Positions 29,469 through 37,649 of a stretch of 64,000 bases of DNA are shown piece by piece; the stretch's first letter is position 1, and every line of letters starts with the position of its first letter. Made by a program: the position numbers and the translations under genes. The stretch covers positions 32,001 through 96,000 of the forward strand of contig CAVRAL010000001.1 in assembly GCA_963719085.1 (NCBI GenBank), given 5' to 3'. Below the pieces are notes generated by a model. It searched no databases. It was given only the letters and a program-made list of their open reading frames with translations, and had not been told where the DNA came from. Origin of the DNA: a candidate division FCPU426 bacterium (lineage in GTDB: Bacteria > Oederibacteriota > Muellerivitia > Muellerivitales > Muellerivitaceae).

Positions 29469-30365
29469 TTGCCCGCCCGGATTTTGCCGGCGGCCCGCAC
29501 TCGGGGCTTTCGTCTGCCCGGTCCCGACCACTCTTCTTTCCACTGGAAAAACCGAACCCAAGTTATGGGCGTTTTGAATGTCACCCCCGACTCTTTTTCC
29601 GATGGCGGTAAATTCCTCGATGCCCCCAAGGCTCTCGATCAAGCCCTGCGTCTTGAGGCCCAGGGCGCGGATTGGATTGATGTGGGCGGCGAGTCCACCC
29701 GTCCGGGGGCCAAAAAACTTTCGGCTGCCGATGAAAAAAAGCGCGTACTGCCCGTGGTCCGTGCCTTAGCGAAAGCGCTCAAGATCCCCCTGTCGATTGA
29801 TACGTATAAAGCCGAGGTGGCCCGCGCCGCTGTGGGGGAAGGCGCCCAAATGGTGAATGACGTTGGAGCCCTGCGGCTAGATCCGGCGATGGCCCCCACC
29901 CTGGCCAAACTCAAGGTCCCCGTGGTGCTCATGCACATGAAGGGACGTCCCCGGACCATGCAAAAAAATCCCGTCTATGCCGATCTAATCGGGGAAATTC
30001 TTGCCTTTTTCCAGGAGCGGATGGCCTTCGCCAAACGCCAGGGGATTGAGGAGAAACGCCTATTGCTGGACCCGGGATTCGGTTTTGGGAAAGGCGCTTG
30101 GCACAATATCGAACTGACCCGCAAATTGGGAGAGTTCAGGCGCTTAGGTCGCCCCCTCGTTTTCGGGCCTTCACGCAAAAACACCTTAGGGGCCCTCTTG
30201 GGAGGGCTGCCTCCCGAGGAGCGCCTGGAAGCCACCTTGGCGGCGGTGACGGCGGGGATCTTGAATGGCGCGGATATGGTGCGGGTTCATGACGTGAAAA
30301 ACGTCGTTCGAGCGGTTAAAATAGCGGATGCCTTGCGATATGACCGAGGACTGAAACGCCCATGA
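29469..30365 (+). CDS. folP: Dihydropteroate synthase
   Basis: MGVLNVTPDSFSDGG, GGESTRPG, DPGFGFGK, SRK, RVHDV. Confidence 0.97.
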   Translation: MPARILPAARTRGFRLPGPDHSSFHWKNRTQVMGVLNVTPDSFSDGGKFLDAPKALDQALRLEAQGADWIDVGGESTRPGAKKLSAADEKKRVLPVVRALAKALKIPLSIDTYKAEVARAAVGEGAQMVNDVGALRLDPAMAPTLAKLKVPVVLMHMKGRPRTMQKNPVYADLIGEILAFFQERMAFAKRQGIEEKRLLLDPGFGFGKGAWHNIELTRKLGEFRRLGRPLVFGPSRKNTLGALLGGLPPEERLEATLAAVTAGILNGADMVRVHDVKNVVRAVKIADALRYDRGLKRP

Positions 30366-31126
30366 ATAATTTGGTCACCCTCTTAAGCAATTTCCGCTTG
30401 AACGACCTATTCGATATCCTGATCGTTACTTTTCTGATTTACCAATTGCTTCTTTTAATCCGGGAAGCCCGGGCCATCCGGATTGTGGTCGGGTTCGTGA
30501 TTTTGTTTTTATCCGCGGTCCTGGCCGGGCAGTTTCATTTATTGACCATTGACTGGATTCTTTCCAGTTTGGGGCCCTTTTTATTGGTCGCTTTTGTGAT
30601 CATCTTCCAATCGGACCTTCGGCGCATCATCTCCCAAATCGGCCGGGGCGGTTTTTGGGGAGGTGTCTTCCGGGGCGAGCCCCCGGCCTTCAAAGAAATC
30701 AGCCAAGCGGCCCGGGAACTCGTGAAGAGCCGGCGGGGCGCGCTTATTGTGTTGGAGCGCGACGATAGTTTACAGGGGGTCATTGAGACGGGAACCCCGA
30801 TTGGCGCGGAGGTGAGCGCGGAACTTTTGATCACTTTTTTCGTGCCCCATTCGCCCCTGCATGACGGAGCGGTGGTGATTCGCGACGGAAAAATCGCCGC
30901 TGCCGGCTGTATTTTGCCCTTGAGTCAAAATCCCAATTTAAGTAAAAGCTACGGCACCCGACACCGGGCGGCGCTGGGTGTGACCGAGGAAACGGACGCG
31001 TTGGTCATTGTGCTTTCGGAAGAAAACCACACCATTTCTTTCGCCATGGCGGGAAAAATGACGCCTGAAATCGACGCGGCGACTTTGGAAGAGATGCTTA
31101 CCCTTTACGGGACTAAGGTTGATTGA
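30362..31126 (+). CDS. cdaA: Diadenylate cyclase CdaA
   Basis: Three TM helices, PLHDGAV and GTRHRAA catalytic motifs. Confidence 0.95.
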   Translation: MNNLVTLLSNFRLNDLFDILIVTFLIYQLLLLIREARAIRIVVGFVILFLSAVLAGQFHLLTIDWILSSLGPFLLVAFVIIFQSDLRRIISQIGRGGFWGGVFRGEPPAFKEISQAARELVKSRRGALIVLERDDSLQGVIETGTPIGAEVSAELLITFFVPHSPLHDGAVVIRDGKIAAAGCILPLSQNPNLSKSYGTRHRAALGVTEETDALVIVLSEENHTISFAMAGKMTPEIDAATLEEMLTLYGTKVD

Positions 31127-31127
31127 T

Positions 31128-31259
31128 ATGAAACGATGGCTGCGCCGCTTTTTGTAAAAGTTTGCGCAAAGCGGTATGGCGCATCGTTCGAGTAATGGCC
31201 GCAAGCCTGCGGGTACACCCTACGGCTTCCGGCAAAGGACTGATATGAAACGATGGCTG
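31128..31259 (+). repeat. Start-duplicating two-hairpin element, copy 1 (before cdaR)
   Basis: TGATATGAAACGATGGCTG repeated at 31124-31142 and 31241-31259 around two hairpins; homologous to 35970-36103. Confidence 0.8.
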
Positions 31260-31664
31260 TTTGATAATTTAGGGTTAAAAATTTCCGCTTTTCTCATCGC
31301 CCTTTGTCTTTGGGCCTATGTGGGGTCGCGCCAGGTTCTGGATACCCGGGTCATCGTGCACCTGCAACTGACCGATATTCCGGTGGGCATGACGGTTGAC
31401 TCAAACGTGAAGACCGCCATTCCGGTCATTTTGACGGGCCGAAAAGAAAGCATTCTGGACCTGGACCCGGACGATCTTTCGGCCATCGTGAGTTTGCGCG
31501 GTTACGTCCCGGGCAAGCAAGATCTGCCGGTTCATCCCGTGATCAAACCCTTGCCAATCGGGGTCACGGCCAACACGCCTGATGTTACCATCCATTTGAT
31601 TCCGGTCGTGGTGAAACCGCCGGCCCCGCCCACCCGGGATCGCCATCGAAAGGGAGCTAAATAA
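31245..31664 (+). CDS. cdaR: CdaR/YbbR-like protein (single YbbR domain)
   Basis: MKRWLFDNLGLKISAFLIALCLWAYV, typical CdaR N-terminus; follows cdaA. Confidence 0.8.
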   Translation: MKRWLFDNLGLKISAFLIALCLWAYVGSRQVLDTRVIVHLQLTDIPVGMTVDSNVKTAIPVILTGRKESILDLDPDDLSAIVSLRGYVPGKQDLPVHPVIKPLPIGVTANTPDVTIHLIPVVVKPPAPPTRDRHRKGAK

Positions 31665-31667
31665 CTT

Positions 31668-32405
31668 ATGGCCAATCTTTGCGTGAATATCGACCATGTC
31701 GCCACCTTGCGGCAAGCCCGCTTAGAAGAGGATCCGGATCCGCTCCAGGCGGCCCGGTTAGTGGAAAAAGCCGGGGCCCACGGCATTACGGTTCATTTAA
31801 GGGAAGACCGCCGTCATATTCAGGATCGGGATGTGCTGGGTCTTCGTAAAATCGTTCGAACCAAGCTGAATCTGGAAATGGCCGCCACGGAAGAAATGAT
31901 CCGGTTCGCGCTTCAAGTAAAGCCGGATCAGGTCACCTTGGTCCCTGAAAAAAGAAAGGAACTCACTACCGAAGGCGGGCTCGCCCTGGAGGGGGCTTTT
32001 CATCGCTATGAGAAGGCGATGGATCGTCTCCAGTCAAAAGGAATCCCCGTTTCATTGTTTATTGATCCTGCACCCCGGTCGGTCCAAGTTTCGGCCCGGT
32101 TAGGCGCGACTTATATTGAGATCCACACCGGCGCTTACAGCCGAGCTTTTCGATTAAAAAAATCCGCCCTGGTGAAAAAAGAATGGTTGAAAGTGGTTTA
32201 CGCCGCCAAGTTGGGGGCCGGCTTAGGGCTTCGGGTTCACGCGGGACATGGTTTGACCTATCAAAATACCGCCGCGATCGCGCGGATTCCGGAAATCGAG
32301 GATTTGAACACAGGCCACAATATCGTGGCCCGGGCGACCCTGGTGGGGATGGAAAAAGCCGTCCGGGAGATGCTTCAAATTATGCGTTCGGCCCAAAAGC
32401 GGTAG
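31668..32405 (+). CDS. pdxJ: Pyridoxine 5'-phosphate synthase
   Basis: VNIDHVATLRQAR, HLREDRRHI, LTTEGG, AGHGL. Confidence 0.96.
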   Translation: MANLCVNIDHVATLRQARLEEDPDPLQAARLVEKAGAHGITVHLREDRRHIQDRDVLGLRKIVRTKLNLEMAATEEMIRFALQVKPDQVTLVPEKRKELTTEGGLALEGAFHRYEKAMDRLQSKGIPVSLFIDPAPRSVQVSARLGATYIEIHTGAYSRAFRLKKSALVKKEWLKVVYAAKLGAGLGLRVHAGHGLTYQNTAAIARIPEIEDLNTGHNIVARATLVGMEKAVREMLQIMRSAQKR

Positions 32406-32446
32406 AATTAAGCAACGGGGTTTATCTCGATTTGAGGGAGGCGGGT

Positions 32447-32764
32447 ATGGGAAAACTTATTTTGTTCGCGGTGGTCTTGGCGGTCGGCTCGATTGGATAC
32501 CTCTTGTGGAACACCAAGCCCGATACGCCGCCCCAACAAACTTTGACGGGCTATACCCAAGGGCTGCAATCTTCCGAACAAAAGGCCGAAGCGGCGGCCT
32601 CCGGCGCCAATCTTGAGAATGTGAGGATGGCGGTGGAAAAGTATAAAAATGAAAAGGGCGCCTCTCCCGCGTCCTTGCAGGATCTGGTGCCCAATTACCT
32701 GGATCACGTGCCGGGCGGGGTCCAATATGACCCGGCCACCGGTACGGTCTCCACGGCGCCTTGA
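32447..32764 (+). CDS. Small membrane-anchored pilin/GspG-like protein
   Basis: GGAGG SD; N-terminal TM helix; NLENVRMAVEKY..EKG..PASLQDLVPNYL...YDPATG resembles a pseudopilin globular domain. Confidence 0.55.
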   Translation: MGKLILFAVVLAVGSIGYLLWNTKPDTPPQQTLTGYTQGLQSSEQKAEAAASGANLENVRMAVEKYKNEKGASPASLQDLVPNYLDHVPGGVQYDPATGTVSTAP

Positions 32765-32774
32765 TCCGCCTCCG

Positions 32775-33290
32775 TTGAAAAAATCAAAACCCCTGATCGA
32801 CGAGGCCCAGGCCTATCGTTATGCCCTCTGGCTTTTAAATCGAAGGCCCCACAGCAGCGGTGAATTGCTTGAAAAATTTCATCGTCGGACCTTGCCGGTG
32901 GAAATCGCCCATAAGGTTTTGGCCAAGCTTCAGCAAAAAAAATTCGTGGATGACGCGGCCTTCGCGGAAGGATTCGCCCATTCCCGCGCTAAGCGCAGCT
33001 GGGGACCCGGCAAAATAAGGGTGGCCCTCCAGAAAAAGAAAATTCCACGGGATTTGGCCGGGAAATCGGTGGCCTCGGCTTTCCCCGAGCAAGCGGAAGC
33101 CCAAAAGGCCTTGGAATTGTTAGAAAGACAAAAACAAAGATTTTTGCGCAAAAAAGAGAAGAAAAAAGGCCAAAGGCCCGCTTGGGCCTTCGATTATCTG
33201 GTGCGAAAGGGCTATTCTTTTCAATCGGCCCGTCTCGCCGTGAAGGAGGTTTTCAGCTATAATTCCGGCCTTCCTGAGGAAGAAACTTAA
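32775..33290 (+). CDS. recX: Regulatory protein RecX
   Basis: ALWLLNRRPHS..EL, VDDAAFA, GPGKIRVALQKK, YLVRKGY; precedes alaS; start uncertain. Confidence 0.88.
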   Translation: MKKSKPLIDEAQAYRYALWLLNRRPHSSGELLEKFHRRTLPVEIAHKVLAKLQQKKFVDDAAFAEGFAHSRAKRSWGPGKIRVALQKKKIPRDLAGKSVASAFPEQAEAQKALELLERQKQRFLRKKEKKKGQRPAWAFDYLVRKGYSFQSARLAVKEVFSYNSGLPEEET

Positions 33291-33302
33291 CTGAGGTTTT
33301 TT

Positions 33303-35969
33303 ATGAGCGTGCCCACAAGCGGAAGTGAAATTCGAAAAGCCTACCTGGATTTTTTTAAGTCCAAAAACCACAAAATTGTCCCTTCGTCTTCCTTAGTGCC
33401 GGAAAATGACCCCACCCTGCTACTTTCGAACGCCGGAATGAATCAGTTCAAACCTTATTTTTTAGGGACGATCCCTTTTCCCAACAGCGTGCCTTACGCC
33501 GCTTCCTGCCAAAAATGTTTCCGCACGGGCGATCTGGAGCGCGTGGGTTATACGGCCCGGCACCATACCTTTTTCGAGATGTTGGGTAATTTTTCTTTCG
33601 GTGGTTATTTTAAAAAAGAAGCCATTGAGTGGGCCTGGGAATTCGTGACCGCTATTTTAAAATTGGATCCCTCGCTTTTGTGGGTGACGGTTTTTGAGAA
33701 TGACGATGAGGCCATTGAGCTTTGGAAAAAGACGGCCAATCTTCCCCCGGAGCGCATCCGGCGCATGGGCGCCGATTCCAACTTTTGGACCATGGGGCCA
33801 ACGGGCCCCTGCGGCCCTTGCTCGGAAATTTACGTCGACTTGAAGCCGGAGCTGGGCCCGACGAAGAATTTTGAGGCGGACGCCGAGGCCGGCCGCTACC
33901 TTGAAATTTGGAACCTGGTTTTTACCCAGTTTGATAAACAAGAAGACGGAAGCTTGAAGCCCCTTCCCAAACCCAATATCGACACCGGGATGGGATTGGA
34001 ACGGGTGGCCAGCGTCATGCAAAAGGTCCCTTCCAACTTTGAGACGGACCTTTTAACCCCTTTGGTAGCGGCAATCGCCAATAGGTTGGGTGTTTCCAAC
34101 GCGGTTGATTCGGCCGCTTATACCTCCCTGAAAGTTATCAGCGATCACTTGCGGGCCATGACCTTCTTGATCGCGGATGGCGTTTTACCCTCCAATGAAG
34201 GCCGCGGGTATGTTCTGAGGCGTATTCTTCGCCGGGCGGTTCGCCATGGGAAAATGTTGGGGGCGTCCAAGCCGTTTTTAAACGCCCTGGTCCCCGAAGT
34301 CGGAAAAGTAATGGGCGCGATTTACCCCGAAGTAACGGATCGCCAGGCGCATATTATGAATGTGGTCAAGGCCGAGGAAGAGCGCTTCCTTGAGACACTG
34401 GACGCGGGACTGGAAAGATTAACTCAAAAAATGGAAGCTTTGGGAAAAGCCGGAACCCACACCCTGCCGGGTGAGGACGCTTTTATGCTTTATGACACCT
34501 ATGGTTTTCCTTTGGACTCCACGAAAGAGTTTTTAAAGGAAAATGGCTGGAAAGTCGATGAGGCGGGTTTTCAAAAGGCCATGGAAGGCCAAAAGGAAAA
34601 GGCTCGATCCGCCTGGAAGGGAAGCAGTGACGGAGTGTTGCCTCCCCTCTACAAAGAAATGGAGTCGAAGCTCGGCGCGACCGTGTTCAAAGGCTATGAA
34701 AAGATAAAAGATTTGGGTCAAGTTTCGCTTTTGGTCCGGGTAAAGGATAAAAAGCACGAAGTCGTGGAAACCTTGGCGGAAGGCGATTACGGGTTTGTGA
34801 TTCTCAATCAAACACCCTTCTACGCCGAAAAAGGCGGACAGGTAGGGGATAAGGGCGCCCTGCAAGGCTTTAACTCCTCCGAGGTTTCCTGGGCGGACGT
34901 ATTAGACACCCAAATGGTTTCAGACACGCTGATTGGACATTGGGTTTTCATGAAGCGGGGAAAATTGGCTGTCGGCCAAAAGGTGGAAGCCACGGTGGAA
35001 GAAAGCGAGCGCCGCGCCACTATGCGCAACCACACCGCCACCCATCTTTTACACGCGGCTTTGCGGAGGGTTTTGGGCGCCCATGTGGGCCAGGCCGGCA
35101 GTTATGTGGGTCCGGACCGTTTGCGATTCGATTTCACCCATTTCGAGGGCTTGAAGCCTGAGGAAGTCCGCATAATTGAGAAGATGGTCAACCAGCAGGT
35201 CCTCGACAACATCGAACTCACCAAACAAGAAATGACTTTTGATGAGGCCAAGAAAAAGGGCGCATTGGCTTTCTTCAGCGAAAAATACGGTGAGAAGGTG
35301 CGGGTGGTGGATGTTCCCGGCTTTTCCATGGAACTTTGCGGCGGGACCCATGTCAATCGCACGGGCGACATCGGACTTTTTAAAATACTCAGCGAGTCTT
35401 CCGTGGCCTCGGGAGTGAGGCGCATTGAGGCGGTTACCGGCGAAGGCTCGATCGAAAGGGTCTATCAAGAAGAGGGAATTCTCCAACAAGTGGGCCAACT
35501 TTTAAAAAGCTCGGAAGTGGATTTAAGCGGCCGGGTGGAAGCCCTGCTTTTAGAAATGAAAACCAAGGATAAGGAATTGGCCTCGTTGAAATCAAAACTC
35601 GCCGGAAGCTTGGTTGATGAAATTCTGGAAAAGAAAAAAGAAGTAAAGGGGATTTCGGTGGTCGTGGCCCGAACCGACGAGCTGGATCCCGAAGGCATGC
35701 GTCAATTGATCGATGCAGTGAAAGAAAAAATCGGCAGCGGCGTGATCGTTTTGGCCAGCGGCAAGCCATCCATCGCCTTTATCGCCGGTGTGACCAAAGA
35801 CCTGACAGGAAAAGTAAAGGCCGGGGATTTGGTGAAGGAAGTGGCCAAGGTGGCGGGCGGCGGCGGCGGTGGACGGCCGGATTTGGCCCAAGCCGGCGGT
35901 AAAGACGCCTCCAAAGTCGATGAAGCCTTGCGCCAAGTCATCCCGTTTATTGAAAAGACCCTTTCTTAA
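33303..35969 (+). CDS. alaS: Alanine--tRNA ligase
   Basis: NAGMNQFK, HHTFFEMLGNFSFG, IDTGMGLER, NHTATHLLH, ELCGGTH, GGGGGRPDLAQAGG. Confidence 0.99.
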   Translation: MSVPTSGSEIRKAYLDFFKSKNHKIVPSSSLVPENDPTLLLSNAGMNQFKPYFLGTIPFPNSVPYAASCQKCFRTGDLERVGYTARHHTFFEMLGNFSFGGYFKKEAIEWAWEFVTAILKLDPSLLWVTVFENDDEAIELWKKTANLPPERIRRMGADSNFWTMGPTGPCGPCSEIYVDLKPELGPTKNFEADAEAGRYLEIWNLVFTQFDKQEDGSLKPLPKPNIDTGMGLERVASVMQKVPSNFETDLLTPLVAAIANRLGVSNAVDSAAYTSLKVISDHLRAMTFLIADGVLPSNEGRGYVLRRILRRAVRHGKMLGASKPFLNALVPEVGKVMGAIYPEVTDRQAHIMNVVKAEEERFLETLDAGLERLTQKMEALGKAGTHTLPGEDAFMLYDTYGFPLDSTKEFLKENGWKVDEAGFQKAMEGQKEKARSAWKGSSDGVLPPLYKEMESKLGATVFKGYEKIKDLGQVSLLVRVKDKKHEVVETLAEGDYGFVILNQTPFYAEKGGQVGDKGALQGFNSSEVSWADVLDTQMVSDTLIGHWVFMKRGKLAVGQKVEATVEESERRATMRNHTATHLLHAALRRVLGAHVGQAGSYVGPDRLRFDFTHFEGLKPEEVRIIEKMVNQQVLDNIELTKQEMTFDEAKKKGALAFFSEKYGEKVRVVDVPGFSMELCGGTHVNRTGDIGLFKILSESSVASGVRRIEAVTGEGSIERVYQEEGILQQVGQLLKSSEVDLSGRVEALLLEMKTKDKELASLKSKLAGSLVDEILEKKKEVKGISVVVARTDELDPEGMRQLIDAVKEKIGSGVIVLASGKPSIAFIAGVTKDLTGKVKAGDLVKEVAKVAGGGGGGRPDLAQAGGKDASKVDEALRQVIPFIEKTLS

Positions 35970-36103
35970 ATGAAACGTTGGCTGCGCCGCTCTTTTTTAA
36001 GGACATCAATGAAGGCGGCATGGCGCCAACTTGACCGTAATAGCCGGATATTGAAACTCGGGGTTCAATATCCGGCCAAGGATACGCCATGAAGCGTTGG
36101 CTG
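35970..36103 (+). repeat. Start-duplicating two-hairpin element, copy 2 (before yqgF)
   Basis: ATGAA(A/G)CGTTGGCTG at 35970-35984 and 36089-36103 around two hairpins; homologous to 31128-31259. Confidence 0.8.
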
Positions 36104-36523
36104 GCTCTCGACTTGGGGCGGGTGCGCATTGGAGTGGCCCTGTCCGATCCATTGGGATTGACCGCTCAGCCTCTGATGGTTTTAAAATCGGAAGGAACCC
36201 AAAAAGATATCATTGCCATCGGGCAGTTGGTGGATGAGAAACAAGTCACTCAAATTATCGTGGGGCTTCCTTTTAATATGGACGGAAGCGAAAGCGCCAC
36301 CACCCAAAAGGTGCGGGACTTCACGGCCAAGCTGGCCGATCGTTTAAACGTGCCGGTTTTTTATGTGGATGAGCGTTTGACCAGCAAACAAGCCGAACGG
36401 GCCATGATTGAGGGCGGGGCCCGCCGGGAAAAGCGCAAAGAGAAAATCGATCAAGTCGCGGCGGCGCTCATTTTGCAATCCGCTTTAGAAGGGGCGCCCT
36501 TGAGGGCGGTGGAAAAATCATGA
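36089..36523 (+). CDS. yqgF: YqgF/RuvX pre-16S rRNA nuclease
   Basis: LALDLGRVRIGVALSD, VGLP, DERLTS, IDQVAAALILQ. Confidence 0.95.
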   Translation: MKRWLALDLGRVRIGVALSDPLGLTAQPLMVLKSEGTQKDIIAIGQLVDEKQVTQIIVGLPFNMDGSESATTQKVRDFTAKLADRLNVPVFYVDERLTSKQAERAMIEGGARREKRKEKIDQVAAALILQSALEGAPLRAVEKS

Positions 36524-37593
36524 AAAAAATCAAGAGGCGACAACTCATTCAACTGGGCGCCCTGACTTTAGGTTTGGGATTGGCCTGTCTTTTTTATATT
36601 TTTTTTCCGCCTTTTTTTAAGTCCCGTCAGCTTTCGGATATTCCGGTTTATTCCAAAAGCACCACCCGTCAGATCGCCCGGGAACTAAAAGAAAAAGGAA
36701 TTGTCTCCTTTTCTTTTCCTTTTAAAGTTCTGGCCAAGCTCACCCGGGTGGACCGCAGTCTTAAGTCCGGGCTTTACCAGCTGTCGCCTTCCATGAGCCT
36801 TTGGCAGGTTTTGCGGACGCTTTCTTCAGGCAAAAGCGAGCTTTTAACCCTCCGGATACCGGAAGGTTATACGGCCGCTCAAATTGGCGCTGAACTGCAA
36901 AAGATGGGGGTGGTGTCCGAAGCGGATTTCTTAAAGGCTATTCAGGATCCGGCGCTTACCGGAAAATTGGGAATCCATGGACCGAGCTTGGAAGGTTTTC
37001 TTTTCCCCCAAACTTACCGGGTGCCCCTGGGCGCCAGTGTGACGGACTTGGCGGGATTACTGTCCGAACAATTCTCCCAAAGCGTGGGGGATGATTACGC
37101 GCGCCGCTGCATCGGCCGTAACCTGAACCTTTACCAAGCGGTGATTCTTGCGTCGATCGTGGAAAAAGAAGCCAGGACCCCGGAAGATCAGGCGATCGTG
37201 GCCGGTATTCTTTACAACCGCATGCGTTTGAAAATGCGGCTCGAGGTCAACGCCACCCTGAATTACGTGCTCAATAATAAAAATCCCTGGCTTCAAGAAG
37301 ACCAATTGGGGACGCAGTCGCCTTATAACACGTATTTACACCGGGGGCTGCCGCCCACGCCCATCTGTAATCCCGGCCTCACGGCCCTCACGGCGGTGGC
37401 GCAACCCGCCGACGTGCCTTACCTTTATTACGTGGCCAAGGGAGACGGTACCAACCTTTACGCCGTGACCTTCGCGGATCATCAAAAAAACGTTATCGCG
37501 GCCAAACATATCCGGCATCTCAAACGGGTGCGGCAAGCCTTGGAAGATAAGGCCGCCGCTCAGGCCAAACCCGGGGCATCGCCCACGCCTTAG
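36520..37593 (+). CDS. mltG: Endolytic murein transglycosylase MltG
   Basis: IPEG, LEGFLFPQTY, LASIVEKEA, SPYNTY, GLPPTPICNPG. Confidence 0.95.
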   Translation: MKKIKRRQLIQLGALTLGLGLACLFYIFFPPFFKSRQLSDIPVYSKSTTRQIARELKEKGIVSFSFPFKVLAKLTRVDRSLKSGLYQLSPSMSLWQVLRTLSSGKSELLTLRIPEGYTAAQIGAELQKMGVVSEADFLKAIQDPALTGKLGIHGPSLEGFLFPQTYRVPLGASVTDLAGLLSEQFSQSVGDDYARRCIGRNLNLYQAVILASIVEKEARTPEDQAIVAGILYNRMRLKMRLEVNATLNYVLNNKNPWLQEDQLGTQSPYNTYLHRGLPPTPICNPGLTALTAVAQPADVPYLYYVAKGDGTNLYAVTFADHQKNVIAAKHIRHLKRVRQALEDKAAAQAKPGASPTP

Positions 37594-37649
37594 TCTTTCA
37601 GCTTCCTTTCTTCTTGCGGGAAGCCCCATCCTGCTTTAACTTAAGCCCC

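Noticed and set aside
31124..31259. Direct repeats as a mini-CRISPR or classical IS/MITE
   Set aside because: Only two 15-19 bp repeats per locus, an ~100-bp structured interval, no cas genes and no terminal inverted repeats
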